A DNA stretch of 64,000 nt from Azolla caroliniana. Its lineage: Eukaryota > Plantae > Polypodiophyta. The translations under genes were made by a program, and so were the position numbers. Each line of letters begins with the position of its first letter. The stretch's first letter is position 1. The DNA is taken from positions 23,374,001 through 23,438,000 of the forward strand of contig JBHGNT010000004.1 in assembly GCA_043228905.1 (NCBI GenBank), read 5' to 3'. Shown one piece after another: positions 51,318-64,000 of the stretch. Under the pieces are notes generated by a model. It was not told where the DNA came from and did not search any database. It worked only from the letters and a program-made list of their open reading frames with translations.

Positions 51318-53265
51318 ACTAATAAATAAGAAGAAGAATAGGATATGGGGGAGTACTAGACCTAAGGTAGCTCAATGTCACATAGAAATATATACCTAAT
51401 TTCCATCCTTCTCTTTCTAATTCTCTCTTGCGTCTTGGCAATCTCTTTGGATGCAAGCAAAACTTGCATGGTGGTAACGATCTAAAGCTTTGCCACATTT
51501 CCAAGCAAATGTAAACCAATGGTTCCTTCACAAGAACAAAAGTTCAAATATATATATATATATATATGAATTTACTTGGGTACTTTTTGCAATATGTAAT
51601 TGGACATGTTAAATTTCCATTCTTGTGCGTGTTGCTAGTAGAGTTCTAGGGAGTGTAACTCCATGCATGTCCACATCATATATTTACACATGCACGTCCG
51701 AGGGCACATGTCTTGTGACCCCTTTCTTGCACTAGCATCACCTTTCAGCCCTATTTGTAGTCGGGTTCTTCAGTAGCACCTCTACCCAGTTATGAGAGCA
51801 TATCTCATCTCTTGCAAATATCATTGAGGCCCATCATCATTTAGTGTACATGCATCATTAGAACATTCTGATTTCAAGTCTCGAAGTGTTTGTTAATTGA
51901 GAACAAAATCTATTGGTGCTTTGACGTTAAAAATCAAGTTCTCATGAGTTTTGTGCACATGGTATTCATCGCGTGTATCATCTATATAATGACCCTAATT
52001 ATTCAAGGTTGGCATATTAATCTTATAAAATGTTGATTTGGGTTTTGTTTGTTTGAAATCCAAATCACTTGGCATTCTTCTTATCTTGTGTCAATAAATT
52101 TGGATTCAATTTTAAGAAGGAATTCCATTGAAGATTGACAACCCATATAATTCAAGAATCTTATGTTAATTAATAAATGCTGAACAACAATAACGACAAA
52201 TAGTGTACATCTTTCTGATTTTCTATGTGTATAATATTTTTTGTTGTAATGTTGGGGAATTTGCAGAAATATATTTTCAATATTAGCTTATTTGCAATAA
52301 ATTAATCCAAATTAAAGCACAATGTGAAAGCATTCCCTTTGTGTAACATACTTTATATCTTATCGTAGTTAATAGGATATTTCGTAAATTGTTTGATCTA
52401 TTCTCCCCCATCTCGAGAGGAGGTTTGCATTCCAATTTAATTGGATCTAACAAAGAGAAAGCTATAAGTCTCTTTGTCGATGTCCCTCGAAGTATGGAAA
52501 TAGCATACTTTTATATTCATTAAGGTAATTTTTTTTTAAAGTAAGAAAGTTAAGGTAAAAAGTGTAAGAAAAGAACATAAGAATGTTTTGATAATTCGTT
52601 TGCATTCGTATGAAAAAGAATGCTTGCCAATACATTCAAGTATATTACGTACTATGCCTTAATCCATGCTCTTTGATTCCTCGTGTTCAAACATTGAACT
52701 CTATCTCATAAACTCACACGAGAAACACAATATAATTCCTCAAAACCTTGAACACTCTTTTGATAAATTCACATTCCTTGCAAGCAAAATCTATAGTAAA
52801 CAATTGACAAACTTTTAACTAGCATCTCACCGGTTGACGCTCAAATATCAGGCATTGACCACCAAAAACTTAGGCTAGTATTGTCCAACAACATGAATTG
52901 AAGCTACGTAGTTTTTAGTAGCTTATAAATCTCAAAAGATTCTCACAAGAATAAGAGTATTATTTAATGTCGCCTCTTCATAACATTCCCATGTACCTTG
53001 TAAGTTGTAAGTATAACATACAAGTAGAACTATTATTTGTTTGTCTCCACATTTGTTGTTCTCACTGGGCAGGGGCATTGTGGTAATTTTAAGAAGCTTG
53101 TCAATTATGTACATATTTGAGAGAGTTAGCCTCCCAGAAGAAATAGCAGAGCAACAGAAACAGAACAGAACAGAACAGAACAGGACAGAGGAGGTCAGGT
53201 ATCTTATCTTCGTTGCTCTGTTTTTGCTGATGCTGGATTTCTGAACACGTTATTTCAGCTCAGTC

Positions 53266-56249
53266 ATGGATGACAGGTAGGGAACTCCTTTCTTCCCTGA
53301 TTGTAGTATTATGTTATTTTCTTCTCATTTTTCATGTATCTTTTCCCTTCTTCTCCTTCTTCATCTTATGCCATCTCCGTTTTTTTTTCACAGGTTTAAT
53401 ACTCCCCACACCGACAAAATAGAACTCGATTTTCTCGGTTACAGGCTGCAGTTAGCTCAGGTTGTTGTTTTCCTTTTTCAGTTGCAATTTTTGTTTTTCA
53501 AAATAGATTTTGTTTTGTTATTGTGTTTCAAGGTTTTGATCTTACAGAGATTTTTTTTTTGTGTAGGATCCAAACTCTAGACATCTTGGTACCACTGTAT
53601 GGGACTCATCCATGGTCTTGGTTAAGTTTTTGGTAAGTTAAAATGATATATCGTTTCAGTAAAATTTTGCATCTTCTGTCACATGAAATTACTTGTTAAT
53701 TTGATATTTCTGGTTTCATGTATGACGGTGTATAGTCATGGTTTTCACACATAAACTTATGATACCACATATTGCTTTGAGAAAAAATTTCTTCTTTGGT
53801 CACATGGAAATTCTCATAAATGGTTGATTTTTGTGGTTCCATAATGACATTGCATAGTTTTGGATTTTTCTTGCTTATTTACTTTATTTATTTATTTTTG
53901 TTGCTTAGTTTTTTGTGCCAAGATTTGTCATGATTCATGGAAGTTAATTTTTTTTGAGAAAAGGTGGTAAACTATGCCCTTTCAGTTGCATGCAATGTTT
54001 CTGGTGGGACAAAAAATATGTAGAAAATGCTCCCTTCAGAAACTTAGGCAACATTTAGGTCTGCAACTTGAAAGGGCTTCTTCAAATTAATGACTATATA
54101 CGCTCATTGTTTGACCATAATACTGCAATGCTTCTGTGGGTTTGTGTACAAGAGCACGTGTGCGGGCCTGTTGAAAGTCTCATAAGAATCTTTGTGATTT
54201 TGATATTACTGTTTTCAGTAACAGGGCTGTCTTATGGGTTTGTGTTTCCTAGGACTTGTGTTATGCTGGCTGAATAACTCTTCGTCTTGTATATTTTGTA
54301 ATCTTTAATTGTAGTTGGAATAGCACGATAACCTTGTGGGTTCGTGTTTCCCAAAACTTGTCTTGTGCTAGGTTAAACTTGTCTCACCCATCAATAAAAC
54401 TTCATTAAATAGCTATATTAGATTATGTCAACTTTCTACTAGCATATGTTTTAACTTAAAATAAGGCCTGTCTTGTGCATTGTGATGATTAAATCATACA
54501 ATGTGATGAATCTTCTATTGATTTTGCCACGTCCATTTAAAAATGTCTTAAAATGAAATCAAAGTTGGTATACTTTTCAGTCAATCTGTAGTCTTCTTTA
54601 GTTGGGTTGCAAAGTTTGTTTTGGAAAGAATATTTTTTTTTGGCAATGTTATTTTTTCCTTTTGTGATGTGTTCTTCATTGTTATTGATGCTGCGGTTTG
54701 ACCGTAGAAACATACATGATACAGGAACAGAACTGTAGGAAAGGAGAATTTAGTCATTCAAGATTAGCAGGCAAGAGAGTTATTGAAGTTGGGGCTGGAT
54801 GTGGCCTTGCTGGCCTAGGTAGGCATTGCAAATGTGCACTCCTGTGCTACAAAATATCACAGAACTAACACAATGTGATTCAAGCTGAAACAACTTGCTA
54901 ATTTTACAGGTATGGCATTATTAGGTTGTCATGTTGTAGCCACGGACCAAGTTGAGGTACTTCCTCTTCTAATGAGAAATCTTGAACGTAATATGTCACG
55001 AGCAAAGCATTCACCTTCTGAAAGTCCTTATATTGGTTTGTATCCAAGCTATCCATAATAAATTCTAAATAGAAAAATAACAAAATTTTTAAATTTTATG
55101 AAGAATATGGACGGTTCTTTGTATTCTTTGTATTTTTCAAAATTTATAAAATATGATGAAATAATATATATTGTTCAGGGGTGCTGGGCAGCACTGAAGT
55201 TGCAGAACTCAACTGGGGGGATACAGCACAAATCGAAGCATTAAATCCTCCCTTTGATTATATAATTGGGGCAGACATTGTAACAATTCCTTGTAGTATA
55301 TTATGCTTATTGGTTAAATTCAAATTTGACATGATTGTGTCATTTGAAGTTAGATACATCTCCATTGTTCATCAATGTGTATGCGTTATATGTATACCCA
55401 TAAACTTTATGCATGCACATATGCTTAGTGTGCAATATGTTTTTTTGTATATATGTACATGCATCCACACATAATGTTTTCATATGTATATTCCTCATAT
55501 CTTCATTCATATGATTAGTGTACTCCAATGTGTAGGTATACAAGGAGCAGTTACTGGAGCCACTCTTGGAAACCTTTCTTGGTTTGGCAGGACCCAAAAC
55601 CACTATATTGGTGTGAACCTGAGCTTCTTCACTGCTTCTGCAATCCTATCATCTACCGCCTTTTTCTGATCCTTTTACCTTGACATTGCATGTTTATGTA
55701 TACACTAGCTCGCTAATGAGTACCGGTCGAGTGTTGTGCATGAGAGAATGTTACAACTATGGAAAGAGAATTTCCATATGAAAATCATTCCTAGATCGAA
55801 GGTGGTGTTTTCCATCCAGTGAGGATAAAAAAGATTTTCTCTTGTTCAGCATCATCATCAGAGAATATAATCAACATTTCTTTTACTTAATGCAGATGGA
55901 TTCAAAATACCAGCACGAATACATCCAACTATTCTGCTTGAAGCTGAAAATGAAGTGCTCTGGTTTTCAAGAGATTGAAAGTAATGAAGAGGATGCCGAG
56001 ATAACAGAAGAAAGTACCCTGTGTGGAAACATTGATATTACGACTTTTCCTTGTTCATCAGAGGATAGAAAAGAATCAAAGCTAAGTAATGTCCAATTGG
56101 GTGAACAAGATGTACGACAAGAACTTTCCAATGGAAATGCTATTCAAAACAATCCTGACCCAAATAATCTAAATGATAGTAAACTGAATGAGTGGGAGAC
56201 AAGGAGATTAGGTTCTATGGCTGCAAGGCTGTTGCAAAATGCGTTGTAG
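53266..56249 (+). CDS. SAM-dependent protein-lysine methyltransferase, METTL21/Methyltransf_16-like
   Basis: Exons 53266-53276, 53394-53460, 53567-53632, ~54725-54818, ~54910-55035, ~55179-55279, ~55537-55611, ~55709-55801, 55896-56249. Motifs DPNSRHLGTTVWDSS, GKRVIEVGAGCGLAG (motif I), VVATDQ, ELNWG, PPFDYIIGADIVY, C-terminal EWETRRLGSMAARLL. Short 5'UTR intron at 53199-53258. Confidence 0.9.
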
Positions 56250-57820
56250 ACGTAAGCAGCATTTAGTATCTGCAATTAGATATTCAGAATCTGACATGGA
56301 TTTTTCCCCGGAGGGCATTTGGCTTGATGCTTGATCTGACTGACACATGGATGTTTTGGTTCAAAGGAGAAAGTTATTGAACATATCCTGCGTAGTCCTG
56401 TTGCTCATTACTTCAGTTCTGGTTTAAAGAGTTACTATAATTGGCAATACAAGTGCATATAGCCTCCACACCCTTAATTGGTGAACAAGGTATATGTAAT
56501 GAGATGTCAGATGTGTGTTTATGTTCTTGAATAATACTATTCCTTGCATTGTCAGATATGTCGATAATGCAATAGTTTGATGTGTACTCTAGTGAAACTG
56601 AGAAACATAATGGCAAAACACCAGGATGGTCAGTTTATTTCAATACGATATTATACTATTATCCACTTAGGAGTACGCCACGATCTCCTGCTTTAGGACC
56701 TTGTCTTTTGAAGTTCTCTTTCTTTGTTGATGTCAAGGTAGTTCTATGTTTCTGTATTCTCTTCCGTAAATAATCAACTTAAGAACAGAAGGGATGCCAA
56801 TTTTAGGGTCAACGAGGTGTCAACATATTTCAGAGCAACCTAACTTTCTGGATATGAATCTAAGTTATAGTGAGTCCAAAATATTAAAGGAGATATTTTC
56901 TTGTGTGTATATGAGTTCTCTCTAATGTTGAGAATTCAGCTAAGTTGATAGTTCAATTTGGTGTCTTATTGCTCTCAAATGCTAGGTTCCTGGTTCCATT
57001 GATGGAATTCAATCACATTTTCTAGGAGTAATATTGGTTGTGGCTAAAAGCATTAAGAAAGTCAAAGCTAATGGCAAGCGGTTTCCAGTTAATCTCAAAA
57101 CTTTAACGAAATTTGATATTCTTCTTCTAAATTCTAATCATAAATTTCAAGTAAAATATAGAGAATGATATGGAAGAGGTTTCTACCAGTCAATCAACCC
57201 AATAAATACGAATTGAATACATAGCAACCATTAGAGAAGGGTGAGACTATTTAAAATACAAAGCCTAAATGGGGTTAGCTATGAAATCCAACTTTTGTTG
57301 AGTACACAAATCCCTTCAAAAGGAATTATAAGGTCAAGTGAAAGGCACTAAGACAAATCTCGACTCAAATGAATTCACTTGAATTCCTACAAGTTTATTG
57401 TGTCATTCCTACAAGTTCTATGAGCTAGTGGAAAGTAATAACACTGGATTCTTACAAGTTTTTGAATCTACAAGCTAAACGATGTATTTTGGGGAATGAC
57501 ACAATAAACTCTTGCATTCTAATATATTGATATGCAACATGGCTTTCTGGGCATTTTGGAAAGACATTATGGAGTAGTTGGTTTTTCACCAACCACACGT
57601 AGGCAACCCAATATGGTCAGGAGACCATTTGATGGGGGATTAGACATTAAATGGTTTAACACCACTTTTACATGCACGTACTTATGACCACTTGAATCCT
57701 TTTGAATTTCACTATTTTTTCATTTCTTCCAATTGTTTCAGCATAAGATGTTAAGCATGTAAGTTGAACCAAACTTGGGTTATCTCAAATTACAACTTTC
57801 ACGCTTCTGTATAATCAAGG

Positions 57821-57941
57821 CAACAGCCAGAGAGATGTAATTCATTCAAATATAAATTTCCAATAAACATGTTACCCTGTCAACAGCCACAGAGATGTAA
57901 TTCATTTAATGCATATTCCCAATAAACATGTTACCCTGTCA
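57821..57941. repeat. ~59-bp tandem duplication in the CYP51 3' region
   Basis: CAACAGCCA.AGAGATGTAATTCATT...CCAATAAACATGTTACCCTGTCAA occurs twice. Confidence 0.85.
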
Positions 57942-58091
57942 AAAAGAGTGGGGAGATTGGATCCGTTGGTAAGTAGGCTAATAGTAACACACCCACTTGG
58001 CACTTGTGTATATTTTTATTTTGAAAAAAATAAATCTACCTTTGAGAAGTGCAAAATCCAATGGGCAATCAAGCACATCTACTAAACAATG

Positions 58092-60114
58092 CTATTCAGC
58101 CCTCAAGCTCCTCTTCTTATACCGTACCATTACATCGCCCTTCACTCCTACAACCATAGCATTCCAGTCGGTTTCAGGAAAGGGTGAGATCAATTCAAGT
58201 TTGTAGTTCCGTAGCAAGACACTCCATATTGTCTTAATTTGTAAATAAGCAAAGGGCTCTCCAAGACAACCATGTCTTCCACCACCAAATGATAAATATG
58301 AGAAAGGACCCGCTGCTTTATCTTCTTCTCGGCCGGTAGCAAACCTATCAGGATCGAAGCTATCTGGATTTTCATAAACGTAAGGTAATCGATTGGCAAA
58401 TGCAGGAGAAGTTGCCACAACATGCCCCTTGGGAACCACATATTCTATTCCTTGACGATTTCTTACTTGGAAATCCTTGTGACAATACCTTAGTAGAAGA
58501 ATTAGAGGTGGGTGGAGGCGAAGAGCCTCTTTGATGCATCGATATAACACATCCATCTCACCGAGAGTGTCATAGTCAAGGGTATTTCCATGCCGATCCA
58601 TCACATCTCGTTGCTCATCCATCACTGGTGCTAGGTATTGCTTATGCCTACAACATCGGAAATCACAATGTAAGCTTTAAGAGGATAAAGAGAATTGCCC
58701 AAATATGATAAACGATATTAGAATGAAGACATGAACTCTTACGTTAATAGATAGGCGCCGGTCCATATAGATGTGATGGAGCTTGTATGTTGTCCAGCGA
58801 AAAGGGCAGCAATAAGTAACCCAGTAATTTCCTGGTCGGCCAACAATCGTCCTGTAGCTCTATACTTAGAGTCAATAAATGCTTGCAACATGTCTTCCTC
58901 TCTCTTACCAGAGGCTCTTCGGTTACGAATGATCTTTGAAAAAATTGATGCCAGTTCTTTCCGAGCTTTATCTCTTCGTTTATGTGCAGGTATTGGGAGG
59001 TAAGGAAACAATACACTAATGGGGAGCATTCCATTGTCTAAATCATGGAACAAGTCACTCACAGATTGAAAGAGCTGATCTCTTACTTCTCGACCCAAGA
59101 GACACCGGCTTGCGGTTAGAATGATCAAATGCTCAAGCTCAGCCTTCAAGTTGACTACGCCTTCATCACCCCATTTAGCGAAATAGTTCTGCGAAACAGC
59201 ATCATACATAGAATTGAAGTTAAAAAAACTACCCTCTATTTCAAGTCTATTCCATGGTCTGCATACGTACATCTCTGTAGGTGCCCATATACCATAGTTA
59301 CATACTTATGTAAATAACATGCATACATACATATGAGTAAAAAAACTACCCTCTATTTCAAGTCTGTTCCAAGCTCTACATACATACATACATATCCGTA
59401 GGTGCACATATACTTAGGTACATAATGTACCTAATGTACATACATGCATACATACATATGAAGTAAAAACTACCCTCTATTCCAAGTCTGTTCCAAGGTC
59501 TACATACATACATATCCATAGGTGCACATATACCATAGGTACATACTAATGTACATACATTCATACATGCATATTGCATGTAAATAGCACCGACCATACA
59601 CAGAGAGAGAGAGAGAGAGAGAGATGTATAATACCTCAGCCTCGAAAACCATATGAGCCACATAGCTTTTAAGGCTAGCAACACGTAGTGATTCGGTGAA
59701 GAATCGGAACTGCTCCATGCGGACCGAGTAGTCGACATCAAAGACAACGCCGGGTCCGAATGTGGGCACATTGTATTGGTAGACCTCTTGCTGGCTCATC
59801 TCGCTCTCAGGCGCCTTGAAGAAGTTGGCTGACTCTTCAGGACCAATGAGGAAAGTGATGCGACGGTTAAGGACGTCGACGGTGAAGACGCTGCCCAGAC
59901 GCTTGTATTCTTGTGCTACCATAACCATCGGCCCTTTCATGAACTTGATGAGACCTCCTATGAAGGGTATGGTGGCTACCTTTGGTGGGCGATTTCCTCT
60001 TCCCCGGTAAGAATCGAACAGGAAGAAGGATATGGCTTTGGCTACGAAGACTGTGACGGCGAGACATAGCAGGATTCGATCAACGCTCATCACCAAAGGA
60101 GTTAGACGATTCAT
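58092..60114 (-). CDS. CYP51: Sterol (obtusifoliol) 14-alpha-demethylase, CYP51G
   Basis: Exons 60114-59635, 59188-58743 and 58647-58092 join in frame. N-terminal anchor; motifs SQQEVYQYNVPTFGPGVVFDV, LFAGQHTSS (I helix), EALR, FDPDRF and heme motif FGGGRHGCLG. Confidence 0.97.
59222..59560. repeat. ~120-bp tandem triplication in CYP51 intron 1
   Basis: AAAAACTACCCTCTATT.CAAGTCT.TTCCA...TAGGTGC.CATATAC at ~59222, ~59340 and ~59465. Confidence 0.88.
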
Positions 60115-60148
60115 ACTCGGAAAAAGGAATCAACCCAGTTCTAAGAGG

Positions 60149-60230
60149 AAACCCTAATTCACTGGAGAGAAAACCCTAATAACTGAAGACCAAAACCTAA
60201 CTAACTGAAACCCAATGAACGAACCCTAAC
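60149..60230. promoter_or_regulatory. Cluster of telo-box-like motifs in the CYP51 5' leader
   Basis: AAACCCTAA at 60149 and 60171, plus variants AAAACCTAA and GAACCCTAA within ~80 bp. Confidence 0.5.
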
Positions 60231-60558
60231 GATTCACGAACACTATAAAGACTATGAGATCTCATTTCTTGAAGGGAGGAAAGTGGTTATATTCGTTATG
60301 ACAGCGATGCAGGGGCAGGGAGAGGAAAGCAGGGGGGCGGAAACCAGGGCTCAAAGAAAACCGGCGGTTTTGTGCCCTAAAAAAGACAATAGATTTCAGA
60401 CAATACCACTAGTGGTTTTGGACCCCAACCTTTCAAACGTCTTGGGTCATGGGGTGGGAGGGGGTTTGCTCCATTCCATGTTCTTTCATTAACTACTGTG
60501 TTTCTTGTTATATCATTACGTGTACCCAATTCTTTCTGGATCCACACGCACCAATGAC

Positions 60559-61080
60559 CCACCAGGCTCATGGTCTGTATCGTAACCATGCATCTTCAAT
60601 TTCATGTTTCGATTCTTTCCAGATTCGCTTGCTCATTTCCAGACTCGCCCACTAGGCCGGTCCACTTCATTACCATGCGTCAATCTGGTGTTTCGATTAT
60701 TTCCGGACTCTCGCCCACTAGCCTGGTCTACATTATTACCATGTGTCAATTTGGTGTTTCGATCCAGATTCCATTCCAAACTCACCCACTAGCCTACTCT
60801 ACGTTGTTACCATGTGTCAATTTGGTGTTTCAATCCATTCCAGACTCGCCCACTAGCCTGGCTTGCATTGTTATCATCCGTCAATCTAGTGTGTTGATTC
60901 TTTCTAGACTTGTCCACTAGCCTGGTTTGCATTGTTACCATACGTCAATTTGGAGTTTCGATCCTTTCAAGATTCGTCCACTAGCCTAGTCCATATCGTA
61001 ACCATGCACCGTCAATTTTGTGATTCGATTCTTTCCAAACTCGCCACTAGCTTGGTCCACATCGTTACCGTGTGTCAATG
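60559..61080. repeat. Minisatellite array of ~64-71-bp units (7 clear plus 1 degenerate) between the divergent CYP51 and PGK-like genes
   Basis: CCACTAG anchors at 60649, 60715, 60786, 60850, 60914, 60978 and 61044. Approximate unit consensus CCACTAGCCTGGTC.ACATTGTTACCATG.GTCAATTTGGTGTTTCGATTCTTTCCAGACTCG. Confidence 0.92.
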
Positions 61081-62354
61081 CAAATGTTTCCACATCCCTG
61101 TCGATTGCCTCCCACCCATCTCCTACTATCACCTTTGTCATGCTTGGTTATCTCTTGTCCACCCCTAATGCACCGATATGTTGCTTAATTACTTGAACTT
61201 GCATATATAATATTGTATGAAACACATTCTAGTTGGTACCTACGCATTGGAAAACACAAACATTGACTACGGAAAAGGGGGCTTGTCTATATTGATCCTC
61301 CTTGCAAACTACCCCATTTAATGAAGTTGAGTCATCTTCTTATCAAACCTAAGTGACATTAACTACATAAAAAAATCCAAGCTAAGATTTAAGGAATTGA
61401 ACCCATGCAAATACTATCTTTAAAGACACTTGAGAAAGATGCCTCGTCTATGCTGTCAACCAAGAATTGCCTAAGGAAAAGGATATCCCTCAGGGGCGAA
61501 GATGCCCATCAAAATATCAATGAAGTAGAGAGACCCAAACAAGAATTTATGCCACGATGGCCGAAGAGTCTTTGACAAACTACATTGTCATTCATGTTAA
61601 ATAAACATATATTTCGTGAAGTTTATTTTCATCTACCTTATATTTTCATAATACTCTAACAAACGTAATCAATCCCCCAAAACGTACACCATTTGTCCCA
61701 TTTGCAAGTGTGAACGTTGGAAAAAACAGAATAAAAGTGCAAGATTAAAGAGTTAGGCTACACAATGCACAATATAAGCTTAGACAAATCAATGTAATTT
61801 ACAGACTACTATGGTTTTTCTCTAGTATTATTGTCATTTAAATGCTAAGAGAAATTGGTAAATTTGCTTTGGCCTCGAAGTAGTAAATAGGATTGATTAT
61901 GAATCATCTCAATATAAAAGATGCAAGGCCATAGATTCGAAAAATTAAGGTAATAAATACTATTGTCGAGAGATCAATTTACTAATTTTTGGAATTGGAC
62001 CAAGCAAGCCAAATGTTTGGAGGCACTACTAAAGTTAGAAGTCCTTTTCACAATGTGAAATCAAATTCTTGTTGTTTTATGTTCCAAATTTGATGGACTG
62101 AGGGGCTAAGTTAGCCCTTCTATACATATATGGAATGTGGGCCAGATGTCAAAATCACTAAGGATTTATAACAAATGTATCAAAATAAAAAAAATAAAAA
62201 GGAAAAGAAACAAGAGTGGGAAGGAAATTTTAAAGTATACATTGTAACTAAGAAGAAGAAATTGAAGGAATGACATGCAACAATAAAAGTTTGATGGTGA
62301 AGGAAAGCGAAGAGCATTAAGGCTAAAGGAAAGCGAAAGAGAAGAGAGGACAAG

Positions 62355-64000
62355 ATGAATCAATATTATGTTCCTAATTCCTCAGAGCAGGGAGGGTTAA
62401 TGAACATGAACATGAAGGTGGGATACAGTGTTGTGGATGATGCCATGGACCTTACCTCAGAGCTAGACCCACGTCTACCTTTGCTCCAAGATGCCCATGC
62501 AGGTGACAACCTCCAAGACAAAGTGGTGCTCCTTAGGGTTGATCACAACGTTGTCAAGAAAGGTGACACCAAACCCTAATTCAATATGTGGCTACTTCAA
62601 TATGTTGGGATTTATGATATGATGATGTTTCGATAATTGTGGGTGTCGATAAATAAATGTTTATCTTGTTTCAATAAGACTTGGGTATTTATGATATGTT
62701 TCAATTAAGGCGGTATCAACCATAATCTCTAGCATACAACTTAATACAGGAATTAAGACTAGGTACAAATTGTTTTGTCAGTTAACTTTGTAACTGGTAA
62801 TGCCAATAGCTTTATAGAATGAATATTAAGCCTAAGTAGCCCCTCTCATCTTATCCACCCAAATAGATAAAGGATGGCAATGAATGAAGAACAAAGTCAT
62901 TAGCTCCCAATGATTGATGCAGCTAATCTTTGAATTGGGTGTTAATTGTATCATGATCTCGGGGCATGTTTTCTAGTCCATGCAATGTGTCAGTTGCAAT
63001 TTTATGAGTGCATGAACTCAATGCAAGTCAATATTTTGCAATTTATAGTCCTAGAACTTGATCGAAAAATCAATATTGCAATAATGTGCTTGAACTCAAT
63101 GCAATTTATAGTCGTAGAACCTGATTGAAAAATTAATATCACAATAATGTTCTTGATTTCTCTTACCTGTGAAAAATCAATCAATGATATACTTGCTTTC
63201 CTGGAATATCCATATTAGGAAAAATCAATGATCAATATCGAATTGATGTAACGCTTGCAACTATGTACAATATCGTGGAGCGAGGTGGCAGGTAAGCTCA
63301 TTTCACAACTTCTCTTCTCATCTTCTTTTTCCACATGGTTACTAATTTGATTCTACTTTTGGAAGTTTTTTGTTGTTTAGTGATGTAGTTAATGTCTTAT
63401 GTAGGTATTGCACGTTTATGAGTGAATATTTATTTGTTATATGTTGTGAAACATAAGAGACTAATTACCTCAAATTTTGCTACGTATAAATGTCAAAATC
63501 TAGACCCATCTTGATGACACATATTGGGAGGCCATTCGACAAGAAAACTAGAAAGATCAATATAAGACAAGATGATTCGGTGGATGCAGTAGTCTCGTAT
63601 TTGCAACACAAATTGAGGATCAAGTTCGTGGTTCCTCAGTTCCATGTGGATAATGAAAAGGATAGTCGAGGTATCCATGACATTGATACATCCATTAACT
63701 GGTTGATTCAAGATCTTCGTAGCCGTAAAATTGGCGGTATTTATTTACCTAATACTAGGTGGTTTGCGGTAAGTTATTCATATTCTTTTCATGAATCGGT
63801 AGATATGTATCTAATGAATTAGAATGTTCAACCCTCACGATGTCACATGGTTTTTCTTGAAATTAGGGCGAGGAAGACAAAGGAGAGTATATGGAACGAT
63901 TTGTAATTCAATTAGCTGGTTTGGCAGATGTGTATGTAAATGATGCATTTGGATCATGGCAATCACATGCTTCAACTTATCACATTACAAAATTCCTTCC
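62355..64000 (+). CDS. Atypical (bacterial-like) phosphoglycerate kinase, 5' part; continues beyond the window
   Basis: Exons 62355-62562, 63219-63291, 63504-63768 and 63867->64000 splice in frame. PGK landmarks [50 protein letters not shown]. Confidence 0.88.

Noticed and set aside
57010-57100. LINE RT-like peptide (LAISFDFLNAF) on the minus strand
   Set aside because: A single short motif with no supporting flanking homology.
60559-61080. CRISPR-like appearance of the 64-bp array and its overlapping ORFs
   Set aside because: Units are similar along their whole length with no unique spacers, there are no cas genes and the context is eukaryotic. The period is mostly not a multiple of 3, so the ORFs are artefacts.

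Overview
Eukaryotic, intron-containing plant nuclear DNA. The PPR style, CT/CA microsatellite-rich UTRs and gene content suggest a seed-free land plant such as a fern (inference only). I spliced nine protein-coding genes by hand along GT-AG boundaries: SAHH (+), a UapA-type NCS2/NAT purine permease (+), a double histidine-phosphatase CA1P-phosphatase-like gene (-) with a decayed PPR gene inside one intron, an uncharacterised plant protein (-), an intronless PLS-E PPR protein (+), a GH35 beta-galactosidase (-), a METTL21-like methyltransferase (+), CYP51G (-) and an atypical phosphoglycerate kinase (+) running off the window end. Mobile DNA comprises a hAT-like MITE, a solo LTR with TSD and a young, internally deleted Ty1/copia element, plus several local tandem arrays. 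Best leads: (1) the permease is fungal/algal UapA-type rather than angiosperm NAT-type and carries two Cys-rich loop insertions, one with a mirror-symmetric cysteine pattern; (2) the PGK is non-canonical and bacterial-like, lacking a conserved 3-PG-binding His-Arg; (3) the beta-galactosidase has a reciprocal Cys/Trp swap beside its catalytic nucleophile. Family assignments come from recalled motifs, not database searches.
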